Source: Candidatus Dojkabacteria bacterium HGW-Dojkabacteria-1
GTDB taxonomy: Bacteria; Patescibacteriota; Dojkabacteria; SC72
Assembly: GCA_002840365.1 (NCBI GenBank)
Contig: PHAO01000001.1
Location: forward strand, 652,360 to 716,359
Direction of reading: 5' to 3'
DNA: 64,000 nucleotides
The position numbers and the translations under genes are program-made. The notes beneath the pieces are model-generated. The model was not told where the DNA came from. It did not search any database and saw only the letters and a program-made list of their open reading frames with translations. Shown piece after piece: positions 9,482 through 18,906 of this stretch; the first letter of the stretch is position 1; every line of letters starts with the position of its first letter.

Positions 9482-11863
9482 TTACTTACTTTTTAATTTT
9501 TCTACTGCTTCTGAAAGAAGCTGTGTATACAAACCGTAACCAATTGAGTTAATGGTACCACTCTGTTTTTTACCTAATATATCTCCAGCTCCTCTAATTT
9601 CCAAATCCCTATTAGAAAGCAGAAAGCCGGAACCAAGTGCTTGAGATTCTTTAATTGCTTCAAGTCTCAGTGCACTATCTCCTTTGAGAGATTCATAGAA
9701 GAAACAAGCGTAGGCCTGTCTTTGTCCCCTACCTACCCTTCCCCTGATTTGATACATTTGTGAAAGCCCTAACCTATTTACATCATCTACTATTAAGGTG
9801 TTGGCATTTGAGATATCTAAACCATTTTCAATTATTGTTGTACACAAAAGAACATCTATCTCTCCACCTAAAAATGAATCCATTACCTTTATTAATTTCT
9901 CTCCAGAAAGTCTACCATGAGCGACCTCTATTCTTACCTTTGGAATCATTTCTTTTATTCTTTGTGCTACAAATTGAATATTTTCGATACTGTTATGAAG
10001 ATAGTAGACCTGGCCTCCTCTTTGCACTTCCCTTTCTATACACCCCTTTATCTTCTCAAAACTAAATGGAGAAAATTCATTTCGTATCTCTACTCTTCCT
10101 TGTGGTGCTATTGCTAATACTGAAATATCTCTTACACCAAGCAAGGAAAGGTTTAGTGTTCTTGGTATTGGAGTTGCTGTCATAGAGAGAACATGTGTAT
10201 CTACCCTACTGCTTTTAAGTTTCTCTTTCTGCTTTACTCCGAACTTCTGCTCCTCATCAACGATAATTAATCCTAAATTTTTAAATTTAACATTTTCAGA
10301 AAGTATTGCATGTGTCCCTATCAATACATCGACTTTACCTTTCCAAAGCTCAGATATTGTTTTTTCTCTTTCTTTAAAATCTTGCAATCTTGATATCAAG
10401 GATATGTTAAATGGATATTTTTTAAATCTTTCCTTAAAAACTCTTAAGTGCTGATTCGCGAGTACAGTTGTTGGTGCTAACACTGCAACCTGCATTCCTG
10501 CATTGGCTACTGCAAAGGCTGCTCTCATGGCAATTTCTGTTTTACCGAAACCTACATCCCCTACAAGCAACCTATCCATTGGTTTTTCTTTTTGTAAATC
10601 TAAGGAAATTTTCTTCGTCGCTATATATTGATCCTCAGTATCTGTAAATTCAAATTCATTCGCAAATTTCCAATATTCATCACTACTTTCTTCGTCTTTA
10701 AGAATCTTAGTTCCTTTAGATATTTCTCTTAGTGCATATATTTGTAAAAGTTCTTTAGCAATGTTCTCTACATCTTCTTTTGCTTTGGAGGATATCCTAC
10801 TCCAAAGACCACTGTTTAGACCAGTTAATCTAGGTTGATATTTACCACTAGAGATATATTTCATAACCTTGGAGGATGCAGACAAGGGTATATACAGCCT
10901 ATCATTTCCCGCATATGCTATCTCAATATATTGGCCACCATCCCTATCAATGACATCAACAAATTTCCCGATTCCATGATCTTCGTGTACAACAAAATCC
11001 CCCGGAATTATTTTCTTTAAGATTTCTACAGATGATGGATCAATTTTCTTACTCTTGTATACATTCCCTAAATCAAACTCTCCTAATATTTCTCTATCTG
11101 TAAGAAACAGTATCTTACTTGGTTCATACACAAATCCAGAGTTGAGAGAGGCCTCTACAGAGTTATCTACCTCATATACCCTATCTATCCCCTCTATACT
11201 TGTCTCGTACTTGAAAATGTTTTTAGATATGTACCATACTTCATATCCTCTCTTTTTGTAATCATTAAGAATATTTATACTTGTTTTCTTACCAGAGTAG
11301 ATACTTAGATTTGGCAATCTCCCTATACCAATATCTACACAATCCTCCCCGAAAGCATCTTTTGCATTTCTTAAAAGTAACATATCCTTACTACTTTCAT
11401 TGGCAACTACACCATGATTCTCATCTACAATTCTTACAAACTCAACTCCTCCGACTCTCTTTCTACTCTCTGGTTCAAGTTTTTCTATACTTTCTATCTC
11501 ATTTCCAAAAAGAATTACTCTAAATATATTTTTAGAGCTAAAAGGCCAAATGATTACTGTCTCACCCAATACAGATATCTCTCCTGTATTCCATACTCTC
11601 TCTACATTTATATATCCCAAATCAATATATTGGTTAATGTCCCACCTATCGCCTACTTTAAGTGAACGAAACTTAGGGCTGTATTCGCTATCGAGGGGTA
11701 GTATACAAACCGCTCTCTTAAGTTTAAGCCCTATTAACTCTGCCACTAATTCCTCATATTCGTTTGGTATATATACTGTAGATTGAGTTGTTAGTTGAGG
11801 TATTTTAAATTTCTTTTCAAAATCTGAAAGAAATGTTTTAATCATGACAGGTAATTCTATCAA
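9482..11863 (-). CDS. mfd: Transcription-repair coupling factor Mfd, shortened form lacking most UvrB-homology N-terminal domains
   Basis: RNAP-interaction (CarD-like) motif FVVHEDHGIGKF. SF2 helicase motifs LLVGDVGFGKTEIAMRAAF, DEEQKFG, SMTATPIPRTL, and RGRVGRG. It is 793 aa versus about 1150 aa for canonical Mfd. Confidence 0.8.
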   Translation of the reverse strand: MIELPVMIKTFLSDFEKKFKIPQLTTQSTVYIPNEYEELVAELIGLKLKRAVCILPLDSEYSPKFRSLKVGDRWDINQYIDLGYINVERVWNTGEISVLGETVIIWPFSSKNIFRVILFGNEIESIEKLEPESRKRVGGVEFVRIVDENHGVVANESSKDMLLLRNAKDAFGEDCVDIGIGRLPNLSIYSGKKTSINILNDYKKRGYEVWYISKNIFKYETSIEGIDRVYEVDNSVEASLNSGFVYEPSKILFLTDREILGEFDLGNVYKSKKIDPSSVEILKKIIPGDFVVHEDHGIGKFVDVIDRDGGQYIEIAYAGNDRLYIPLSASSKVMKYISSGKYQPRLTGLNSGLWSRISSKAKEDVENIAKELLQIYALREISKGTKILKDEESSDEYWKFANEFEFTDTEDQYIATKKISLDLQKEKPMDRLLVGDVGFGKTEIAMRAAFAVANAGMQVAVLAPTTVLANQHLRVFKERFKKYPFNISLISRLQDFKEREKTISELWKGKVDVLIGTHAILSENVKFKNLGLIIVDEEQKFGVKQKEKLKSSRVDTHVLSMTATPIPRTLNLSLLGVRDISVLAIAPQGRVEIRNEFSPFSFEKIKGCIEREVQRGGQVYYLHNSIENIQFVAQRIKEMIPKVRIEVAHGRLSGEKLIKVMDSFLGGEIDVLLCTTIIENGLDISNANTLIVDDVNRLGLSQMYQIRGRVGRGQRQAYACFFYESLKGDSALRLEAIKESQALGSGFLLSNRDLEIRGAGDILGKKQSGTINSIGYGLYTQLLSEAVEKLKSK

Positions 11864-11908
11864 GGAAGTGTATAATTAGAAAGGAGTTTAATTTAAATAC
11901 AAAATCCA

Positions 11909-13114
11909 ATGTTTATTGCACATGGACCCCTCTCATTCATTTTGAATGAAAAGATTCAGAAAAAGGAGATTGAGAAATTAACACCAGGAGAACATATTGG
12001 TATTGCTCTTTTTAGTTTGTTTTTTGGAATATTACCAGATTTTGATTTACTACTGTTGAGTATGACAAAATATCCTCCTTTCCAGCATCATCAGGTATTT
12101 ACACACAGTATATTGTTTTGGATTCTACTTTGGTTACTTTTCAGATTTTTAATATATCTTTTCAAAAATATTACTAAAGGTAAGTACAAAAAGGTTTTAA
12201 GTGATACCTTTTTGAGTGTATTACACAAAACATTTCTGATAGGGACAATGTCACATCTTTTTGGTGATATATTGTTCTCTCATTCTCAAATATTACTTCC
12301 TTTGCAGATGGAAGTAACAATCCTAGGGGAAATATTTAGTAAGAATTACTTTAGTGGACACTTCTTTACTGTAAGTATGACATTAGAGATTCTTATTGTA
12401 ATATTTTTCACATATCTTCTTTACAAAATATTTTTTAAACAAATCAAACTTTTTGAATATTTCCTATTTATACTCGCAGGTTTCTCCACAATCATTCTGT
12501 TCTTAAATATGTATATCTCACTTAATACTTACAACAAGGCAATACATTTTCAAGATGGAATAGTGGTATATGATCAGGATTTTGACACGATAATTGATTA
12601 TCAGGATTCTGATACCGACAATGATGGAGTAAACAATATCGAAAGTATACAAAGAAGCAAACTAGCTTTTGATGTTAGGGAAATTTTAGAAGGTAAGTAC
12701 TTAACCTCCAGTGGTGACTCCATTTGGAGTAGATATATTCATTTGCATGGGGGATTAAATTCTTACAGATTAATATCACAAGCATTCTTTGAACAGAACA
12801 GACCAATAGAGCCAGTTTTAAGAGAGTTTGCACTTAGAGAATACAATATTAGGGAGTATGATATACCCTACTCCTATTCAGATTTACTTTATGGGTATTT
12901 TAAACAGAACAATCTTTTGAAAGATTTTAATGTTAATGTTGAAAGTGGAAGTATATTTTTTGTAGTTGATGATGATACAGTTGTGAATATGGGAATTGTA
13001 TTGGACAACAATATGGTTGGTATTGTGCTTGAGCAAGACACAAGAACAAGGTTACATACATTGGTATCAATTAAGGAAGAGTATTCTAAATATACTATTT
13101 TAGTGGAAAGATAG
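11909..13114 (+). CDS. Hypothetical polytopic membrane protein (His-rich N-terminal membrane domain; acidic D-rich C-terminal domain)
   Basis: About six predicted TM segments with conserved His residues (FIAHGP, FTHSILF, MSHLFGD), reminiscent of membrane-bound metal-dependent hydrolase folds. The soluble C-terminal half carries a DSDTDNDGVNN Ca-binding-like motif. Confidence 0.5.
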   Translation: MFIAHGPLSFILNEKIQKKEIEKLTPGEHIGIALFSLFFGILPDFDLLLLSMTKYPPFQHHQVFTHSILFWILLWLLFRFLIYLFKNITKGKYKKVLSDTFLSVLHKTFLIGTMSHLFGDILFSHSQILLPLQMEVTILGEIFSKNYFSGHFFTVSMTLEILIVIFFTYLLYKIFFKQIKLFEYFLFILAGFSTIILFLNMYISLNTYNKAIHFQDGIVVYDQDFDTIIDYQDSDTDNDGVNNIESIQRSKLAFDVREILEGKYLTSSGDSIWSRYIHLHGGLNSYRLISQAFFEQNRPIEPVLREFALREYNIREYDIPYSYSDLLYGYFKQNNLLKDFNVNVESGSIFFVVDDDTVVNMGIVLDNNMVGIVLEQDTRTRLHTLVSIKEEYSKYTILVER

Positions 13115-13652
13115 TGGAGAGTAGCTCTTGAGCTGCAGTTTCTGTAACAAAGAGAAGCTCTTCATAATCCTTCTTTGAGTATTTCCTTATCACGTACTCT
13201 TCGCCGGGAATGTTTCTGTCTCCTCTATTCTCAATCCCTATTCGAACTCTCCAGAAATCTGTAGAACCAAGGGATTGTTCTACACTTAATACTCCGTTGT
13301 GACCTTTTGGTGATTTTTCTCTTTGTATTTTGTATTTACCTAATTGAATATCTAAATCATCATGTAGAAGTACAAATTGATCAACATTGAATTTTTTAAT
13401 AATGGCTTTTACTGCACTCCCTGACCTATTCATATATGTAAGAGGTTTTTGTAATATACAGACTAGTTCTCCTCCCTCTTTAACTTTTGATATCTCCGAA
13501 TGAAAGAGTTTTTCTTCATTCTCCCAATCTGATACTTGATATCCTTTTTCAGAAAGATTCCATTTCAGGGATTCTAAACAAAGAAAACCTGCATTGTGAG
13601 GTGTATTCTCATATTCTTTTCCTGGATTTCCTAAACCTGTAATTAGCAACAT
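13095..13652 (-). CDS. pth: Peptidyl-tRNA hydrolase
   Basis: N-terminus MLLITGLGNPGKEYENTPHNAGF matches the Pth signature (GLGNPG...RHN[AV]GF). Confidence 0.9.
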   Translation of the reverse strand: MLLITGLGNPGKEYENTPHNAGFLCLESLKWNLSEKGYQVSDWENEEKLFHSEISKVKEGGELVCILQKPLTYMNRSGSAVKAIIKKFNVDQFVLLHDDLDIQLGKYKIQREKSPKGHNGVLSVEQSLGSTDFWRVRIGIENRGDRNIPGEEYVIRKYSKKDYEELLFVTETAAQELLSTIFPLK

Positions 13653-14086
13653 ATTTTTTTAAATCTTACAAGTAATTCTTCTTGTTGAAGAAACATTTTC
13701 TCATTAGGAGAATCATTCATACTTTCTGTATGATCTTGTCCTAATATATGTAGTGTACCATGAATTATCAATCTAAGGATTTCTTCTTCAAAGGCATCTT
13801 CTTGGAAAGATTTGTATACATACTCTGGAGATATATATATTTCTCCTTTCCTTCCGTCTTCAATATTAAAAGAAAGTACATCTGTTGGAGCATCAATCTC
13901 CCTATATCTCTTGTTTAAATCTTGGATATATTCAGGTTCTACAAATACAATGTTGATTTCTTCTAATGGATATTCAGAGAATATTCTCTCATATGCCTTT
14001 TGTATATCTTCAAAAGAGATACTAAATGTAGGCTCTATTTCTGAGACCAATTCTTTATTAAATATTTGTAATGATATTTCTTTCAT
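13643..14086 (-). CDS. ybeY: Endoribonuclease YbeY (rRNA maturation factor)
   Basis: Zinc-binding motif HGTLHILGQDH (HxxxHxxGxxH) and 147-aa size. Confidence 0.85.
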   Translation of the reverse strand: MKEISLQIFNKELVSEIEPTFSISFEDIQKAYERIFSEYPLEEINIVFVEPEYIQDLNKRYREIDAPTDVLSFNIEDGRKGEIYISPEYVYKSFQEDAFEEEILRLIIHGTLHILGQDHTESMNDSPNEKMFLQQEELLVRFKKICC

Positions 14087-14529
14087 TAAGAAAGTAATTC
14101 TTGAACTATTTCTCTCACCTTATTCCCATCTGCCTTTCCATTTAATTCTTTCATAGCAATTCCCATTACTTTTCCCATATCTCTCATATCTTGAGCGTTT
14201 GATGTTTCTACAGCCTTCTTTACAATCTCCCTAACTTTAGATTCATCTAAGAGTGCTGGTAGGTATTTTTCAAGTACTTCTAGTTGAGACTTTTCTTTCT
14301 CAACTAAATCATTTCTGTTCATTTTGGTGAATTCATTTATGGAGTCTTGGATTTTCTTACTTTCTTTTCTCAGTACTTTAACAATCTCATCCTCGGAAAG
14401 TTTATCTCCCTTGGAAATTTCTTCATTCTTCACTACAGCCAAGACCATTTTGAGGATTTCAGATTCTGAAGTATTACCTGCTTTACTAGCAGAGAACATA
14501 TCTTTACGGATATCATCTAAAAGAGGCAT
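14086..14529 (-). CDS. yqeY: GatB/YqeY domain protein
   Basis: A 147-aa K/E-rich helical protein with a GatB/YqeY-like pattern (DIRKDMFSASKAG...VVKNEEISKG...KELNGKADGNKVREIVQELL). It is adjacent to rpsU, as in many bacteria. Confidence 0.7.
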   Translation of the reverse strand: MPLLDDIRKDMFSASKAGNTSESEILKMVLAVVKNEEISKGDKLSEDEIVKVLRKESKKIQDSINEFTKMNRNDLVEKEKSQLEVLEKYLPALLDESKVREIVKKAVETSNAQDMRDMGKVMGIAMKELNGKADGNKVREIVQELLS

Positions 14530-14546
14530 ATTAAAAAAGTAAAAAA

Positions 14547-14747
14547 TTACTTAGCTCTTCTTCTTGCAGTTCTTCTTCTTCTCTTCATTTTAGCCCACTC
14601 TCTTCTTTTCTGGATGTCTAAGTCAGACTCCTTGATTCTGAATACTTTCTCTCTGTATGTCTCCAAAATCTTCTCTCTCATGACTTCTCTGTGGAGTCTT
14701 TTGAGTGCACTATCTATATTTTCGTTGGCATGAACTATTACAGCCAT
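14547..14747 (-). CDS. rpsU: 30S ribosomal protein S21
   Basis: A 66-aa highly basic protein with a C-terminal RRRTARRRAK run. The N-terminal region (ENIDSALKRLHR) is S21-like. Confidence 0.7.
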   Translation of the reverse strand: MAVIVHANENIDSALKRLHREVMREKILETYREKVFRIKESDLDIQKRREWAKMKRRRRTARRRAK

Positions 14748-14793
14748 TAGGTCTATACTTTAAATTAAAGCGATTGGATTATATCACACATTT

Positions 14794-16383
14794 TTACTTG
14801 TTTGCTACTTTCTTTTCAAAATTGTCCCTATACTTGTAGTTTGGTGCTTTCTTTTGCATTGTGAAAACTCCGTTTGGGGCATTGTAAATTAACACTCCAA
14901 AGAATACTAATGCAAATCCTGCAATTATCCTTGATATTGTAGTATCAAATATACCTGTTTGTGGTACTTCTCCTGGTTCACCTGGTTGCTCTGGTTGTTC
15001 AGGTTCTTCCCCTATTTCACAATCTGCCGTTATATTTGCTGTGGCGACAACTGCAGCAGAACCGACAGGAGTTAAGGTTACTGTGTTAGCATATGTATCA
15101 AAGTTATCTTTATCAATTACCACTTTATATGTATACGTTTTTGTTGCTCCTGCAGCAACAGAAAGAGCTGGACTAAAGGTCCATGTAATCTTCTTTGCAG
15201 CATACGTACCAGGCGCCGTTATTGAAGATGTTTGTACAAAGCTATCTTGAACTTTACTATCCATTACATCTTCAATCTTAGAAATTGTTCCAGCTCCATC
15301 ACCAGTGTTTCTAACTGTAATTGTATATGTTAGTTCTGATTTAGGATTTGTAGTACCGGCATCGATACACTGCTCTACAACTCCCTTTGTAATACTCCAG
15401 TTAGGATTTGTTTGTTGAGGTAGTACAGTAAAAGTTGTTGTCAAAGCACATGCAGCACTTGCAGCACCCTTTTTGTCTTTCCAAGACATAGAGAGTGTGT
15501 ATGTTCCTGGTGCCAACCTACTATTTGCAGTACTTAATGTACCAGAGATAGTTGTCTCTGTTGTAGCTTCTGCAAGAGTTATACAACCTACAGTTTGTCC
15601 TGTTGTACATACCGGTATATTGTCATTTCCTTTTTTTACAGATATTGATGCTTTGTCGATACCATCCGTATCTTTAGCTTTAGCACTAAAGGTAATATTG
15701 TTCTCATATGCGATATTACCAGTTGGTCTTGTTACCCAACTACCACCATCACAAACATTGGCTGGTGTACAATCATCTTTCGCATATGGATTCTTACACT
15801 CATCTTTCTTACCGTAACAGATATGTCCTGGTTTGTATTCCTCTATTGAGACAGAGCCATCGCTGATATTACACATAGCTATCCATTCCTTACATGTTCC
15901 TCTTGCTTTCGCATCTACTTTGCTTTGAGTATCTGAAGGAAATTTACAATTTACTCCACAACCATTGCTCCATGACTGACATGTACATTTTACAACTGGA
16001 ACATCTTCACAGCTTCCATATCCCCCATTATTGGAACACAAAGACTCACACCCTGTAGATGCGCTTCCAACCACCCATTGCCCATTACAACACTGGCATC
16101 TTACGCAACCATTTTGAACTTTGTTACCACAGCAATTAGACCTATTATCTCTACAAGCTTGAGCTTTACCAGGCTCCGCATACCAATCCAAACAATTTGC
16201 AGAAAGTGCAACCGTTGCGGATGAAGAACATCCACCAGGTACTGTGGCACCAGCATCACTATCAGTAGGATCTAATCTACTCTCTTCATTTACTCTCCAT
16301 ATTAAAAAACCTAGTGCAACAGAAAGAACTATTATCGCTATTGCAAATACAATCTTACTAGTCTTTGTTAATCTAACAGCCAT
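14794..16383 (-). CDS. Cys-rich cell-surface protein with an N-terminal signal anchor, a DUF11-like repeat region and a C-terminal sorting-signal-like segment
   Basis: N-terminal TM (IVFAIAIIVLSVALGFLIW). More than 40 Cys in the first 200 aa (CCGNKVQNGCVRCQCCNG...). Conserved-repeat-domain-like stretch TYTITVRNTGDGAGT. C-terminus PEQPEQPGEPGEVPQTG is followed by a hydrophobic stretch and a basic tail. Confidence 0.6.
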   Translation of the reverse strand: MAVRLTKTSKIVFAIAIIVLSVALGFLIWRVNEESRLDPTDSDAGATVPGGCSSSATVALSANCLDWYAEPGKAQACRDNRSNCCGNKVQNGCVRCQCCNGQWVVGSASTGCESLCSNNGGYGSCEDVPVVKCTCQSWSNGCGVNCKFPSDTQSKVDAKARGTCKEWIAMCNISDGSVSIEEYKPGHICYGKKDECKNPYAKDDCTPANVCDGGSWVTRPTGNIAYENNITFSAKAKDTDGIDKASISVKKGNDNIPVCTTGQTVGCITLAEATTETTISGTLSTANSRLAPGTYTLSMSWKDKKGAASAACALTTTFTVLPQQTNPNWSITKGVVEQCIDAGTTNPKSELTYTITVRNTGDGAGTISKIEDVMDSKVQDSFVQTSSITAPGTYAAKKITWTFSPALSVAAGATKTYTYKVVIDKDNFDTYANTVTLTPVGSAAVVATANITADCEIGEEPEQPEQPGEPGEVPQTGIFDTTISRIIAGFALVFFGVLIYNAPNGVFTMQKKAPNYKYRDNFEKKVANK

Positions 16384-16420
16384 TTAGAGCAGTAAATAAA
16401 TTTTTCTATTTAAAGATATA

Positions 16421-17563
16421 CTATCTAAACCAACTCTGCAACTGGTCTATATTGATTATATCCTTGAGCATGATACCTATAATTAGGAGTATGAGAAATA
16501 TGAAGCTAATATTGATAATTATAGTTTCTAATTTCTCGTTCAAATCTTTTCTTAATATTGATTCTATTGTTAGAATCATTACCCTACCACCATCCAATGC
16601 AGGTATTGGTAACAAATTTATAATTGCTAAAGATACAGAAAGGTCTGCTATGATACCAAGGAAGATGAATATTCCTAAGTTTTTAAAGTAATCTATTACA
16701 AAGTATATTCCTACTGGTCCACTGACTGTATTAGAAAGTGTTGAGTAATCACCTGTTTTCTGAGCCTCAGAGAAAAGACTTCCTAGGACAATTCCTGTCA
16801 GTTTCAATACATTTATTACATGGGTAAAACCTCCGAAAATTTTGTTGTCATTATAGTCAAGATATACAGCATAGTTGTCTCCTACATACATCCCTATCTT
16901 CCCCTCTTCATCCACTGGAACTAAGAATATACTACATTCCTCTGTTTCAAATTCACAGGCAAAGATTTCTATATCAACACTTTTTATATCTTTAAGATAT
17001 TCTCTGAACTGATCGTAGTCATCTATCTTTTCATCATTAATACTCCTTATATATCCCCTTTTGAAGAGACCACTTTCTATTGCAGGACTATCTTCTGTTA
17101 ATTCATATGGTAAATCAGAAACCCTTTCTTGAGTAATTGTTGCTCCTACAGGATTAAAGTTTGAATATTCTCTACCGATATTTAATCTCCAATCACTTCC
17201 TGCAAGAAAGATTGTATAGAAGATTACTGCAAGGACAATATTCATTGTCACACCTGCAAACATTACAAAGATTTGTGCTAACTTGCTTTTGTTTTTAAGA
17301 TTTCCCTTGTCTTCTAAGGTTTCTTTTTCTGTAGTAGGATCTCCATCTCCTAATATTTTTACAAATCCTCCAAATGGCAAGATTCTAATATTGTAAGTAG
17401 TTTCTTTAATTTTTTTAGAGAATATTTTTGGTCCAAAACCTATTGAGAAATCAAAGACCTTTGCTTTAACAAGCTTTGCAGCAAGAAAATGTCCTAATTC
17501 GTGTACGAATGTTAGGATGCTAATTACAAGAAGAAGGAGAAGTATATTTATTATTACCGACAT
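16421..17563 (-). CDS. rseP: Site-2 protease / RseP-family zinc metalloprotease (M50 with PDZ)
   Basis: HELGHFLAAK (HExxH) in the first TM helix, a central PDZ-like region, and a C-terminal LDGG motif (PIPALDGGRV). Confidence 0.85.
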   Translation of the reverse strand: MSVIINILLLLLVISILTFVHELGHFLAAKLVKAKVFDFSIGFGPKIFSKKIKETTYNIRILPFGGFVKILGDGDPTTEKETLEDKGNLKNKSKLAQIFVMFAGVTMNIVLAVIFYTIFLAGSDWRLNIGREYSNFNPVGATITQERVSDLPYELTEDSPAIESGLFKRGYIRSINDEKIDDYDQFREYLKDIKSVDIEIFACEFETEECSIFLVPVDEEGKIGMYVGDNYAVYLDYNDNKIFGGFTHVINVLKLTGIVLGSLFSEAQKTGDYSTLSNTVSGPVGIYFVIDYFKNLGIFIFLGIIADLSVSLAIINLLPIPALDGGRVMILTIESILRKDLNEKLETIIINISFIFLILLIIGIMLKDIINIDQLQSWFR

Positions 17564-17580
17564 ATTCTAGATATATGAGA

Positions 17581-18126
17581 TTAAAATGACATTAGTTCTT
17601 TTTCTTTATTTTCTTTTAATTCCTCAATTTTTGTATTACTGTCTTTTACTATCTTTTCAACTTCCGTTCTTAATCTATCTGCATCGTCTTCAGAAAAACC
17701 TGAGCCTAATGATTCATCTATATCTTTCATAAATTTTTGTCTTACTTGTCTTACTGCAATACGAGCATCTTCTACTCTTTCTTTCATAACTTTTACATAG
17801 TCTTTTCTTCTTTCCTCTGTGAGTTCAGGAATAGTTACTCTTATATGATCACCTTCTGATATTGCACTAAAGCCTAAATTCGCAGAAGTTATACCACTTA
17901 CAATACCATCCATAATGGATTTATCCCAAGGTATAACTAAAAGAGATCTTGTATCTGAAGCATTAATAGTTGCGTAATTTTTTAATGGAGCCTCTGTTCC
18001 ATATGCTTTTACATTTATATCTTGAACTAATTCAGGAGTTGCCCTCCCTGTCCTTATTTGAGAGAGATCTTCAACAAGATTCTCTACACACTTTTGAATA
18101 TCTGTTTTAAAACTTTCAATATCCAT
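17581..18126 (-). CDS. frr: Ribosome recycling factor
   Basis: 181 aa with a conserved R-rich C-terminal half (RKDYVKVMKERVEDARIAVRQVRQ) and a typical N-terminal region. Confidence 0.9.
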   Translation of the reverse strand: MDIESFKTDIQKCVENLVEDLSQIRTGRATPELVQDINVKAYGTEAPLKNYATINASDTRSLLVIPWDKSIMDGIVSGITSANLGFSAISEGDHIRVTIPELTEERRKDYVKVMKERVEDARIAVRQVRQKFMKDIDESLGSGFSEDDADRLRTEVEKIVKDSNTKIEELKENKEKELMSF

Positions 18127-18197
18127 AAAAGAAGCTTAAAAACTTATATCATATGATATTCTATATTGATTAGAATCACAATATGTGAAAGCCTTTA

Positions 18198-18226
18198 TTG
18201 ACTTAGAAGAGATGAAGAAGAATAAT
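18198..18226 (+). promoter_or_regulatory. Candidate sigma70-type promoter for the 18253 gene (TTGACT -17 nt- AATAAT)
   Basis: TTGACT at 18198-18203, a 17-nt spacer, then AATAAT at 18221-18226, about 27 nt upstream of the ATG. Confidence 0.25.
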
Positions 18227-18252
18227 AGGAGAATAAATTTATTGGTTTTTTT

Positions 18253-18894
18253 ATGTCAGACCTAGAAATTAAAGATACAAGAGATTCTACAGGAATTAAT
18301 GACTTAATGGCAGTATTAGAAGAAGGATATCCAAATGCTCATATTAAATTTCTTGACTATACCCAATCTTATGGTCCTGATAGTGAGAATCACCAGTTTC
18401 AACAGAAGGGAGATGGTGAAACATTTGTTAATCCTTTTGGAGATAAGGGTGGGCATTACAGAGCAGAACTTTTTGTACACGGAATTAGAAATTCTCTTGT
18501 AGATCCTGAAAATGAAGAGAACAAAATATTAATATATCCTTCTTTTGATAAGGAGGGAAATGTTGCTACAATAAGATTACTTAAATATCCAAGTACCCTA
18601 CTTCAAAAAATAAAAGAAGATTTTTTGCTTAGAAAAGATTCTCTAAATATTCCAAACGATACACAAAGGATTAGTAAAATCCCAAAAATTAGAAATGGGG
18701 AGCCGATCGGGAAAGACGGTGAGATTACATGCTTTGATCCTTTGTTAAATTCAGAGTCTACAAATAGAATTTTATATAGTCCTGAGAAAATTAACAAAAT
18801 AAAAAGTAATTCTAAACCTATTCAATGGGGAAAAAGCAAATCAATCTATCCTTATGAAAATAACAGTGGACAAAGAATCTTTCTTTTAGTTTAG
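18253..18894 (+). CDS. Hypothetical protein (no recognisable domain) on the opposite strand inside the rpsB-tsf-frr block
   Basis: A 213-aa ORF with normal hydrophilic composition and no TM segment. It sits in the slot where pyrH normally lies. Confidence 0.5.
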   Translation: MSDLEIKDTRDSTGINDLMAVLEEGYPNAHIKFLDYTQSYGPDSENHQFQQKGDGETFVNPFGDKGGHYRAELFVHGIRNSLVDPENEENKILIYPSFDKEGNVATIRLLKYPSTLLQKIKEDFLLRKDSLNIPNDTQRISKIPKIRNGEPIGKDGEITCFDPLLNSESTNRILYSPEKINKIKSNSKPIQWGKSKSIYPYENNSGQRIFLLV

Positions 18895-18906
18895 AATACT
18901 TAAATA

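Noticed and set aside
9760-11786. Series of plus-strand ORFs of 61-101 aa (9760..10065, 9917..10117, 10835..11020, 11055..11261, 11281..11523, 11414..11665, 11550..11786) antisense to mfd
   Set aside because: All fall inside the well-supported mfd gene, overlap each other in different frames, and translate to Leu/Ser/Tyr-rich low-complexity peptides. They are stop-poor antisense frames of an AT-rich gene.
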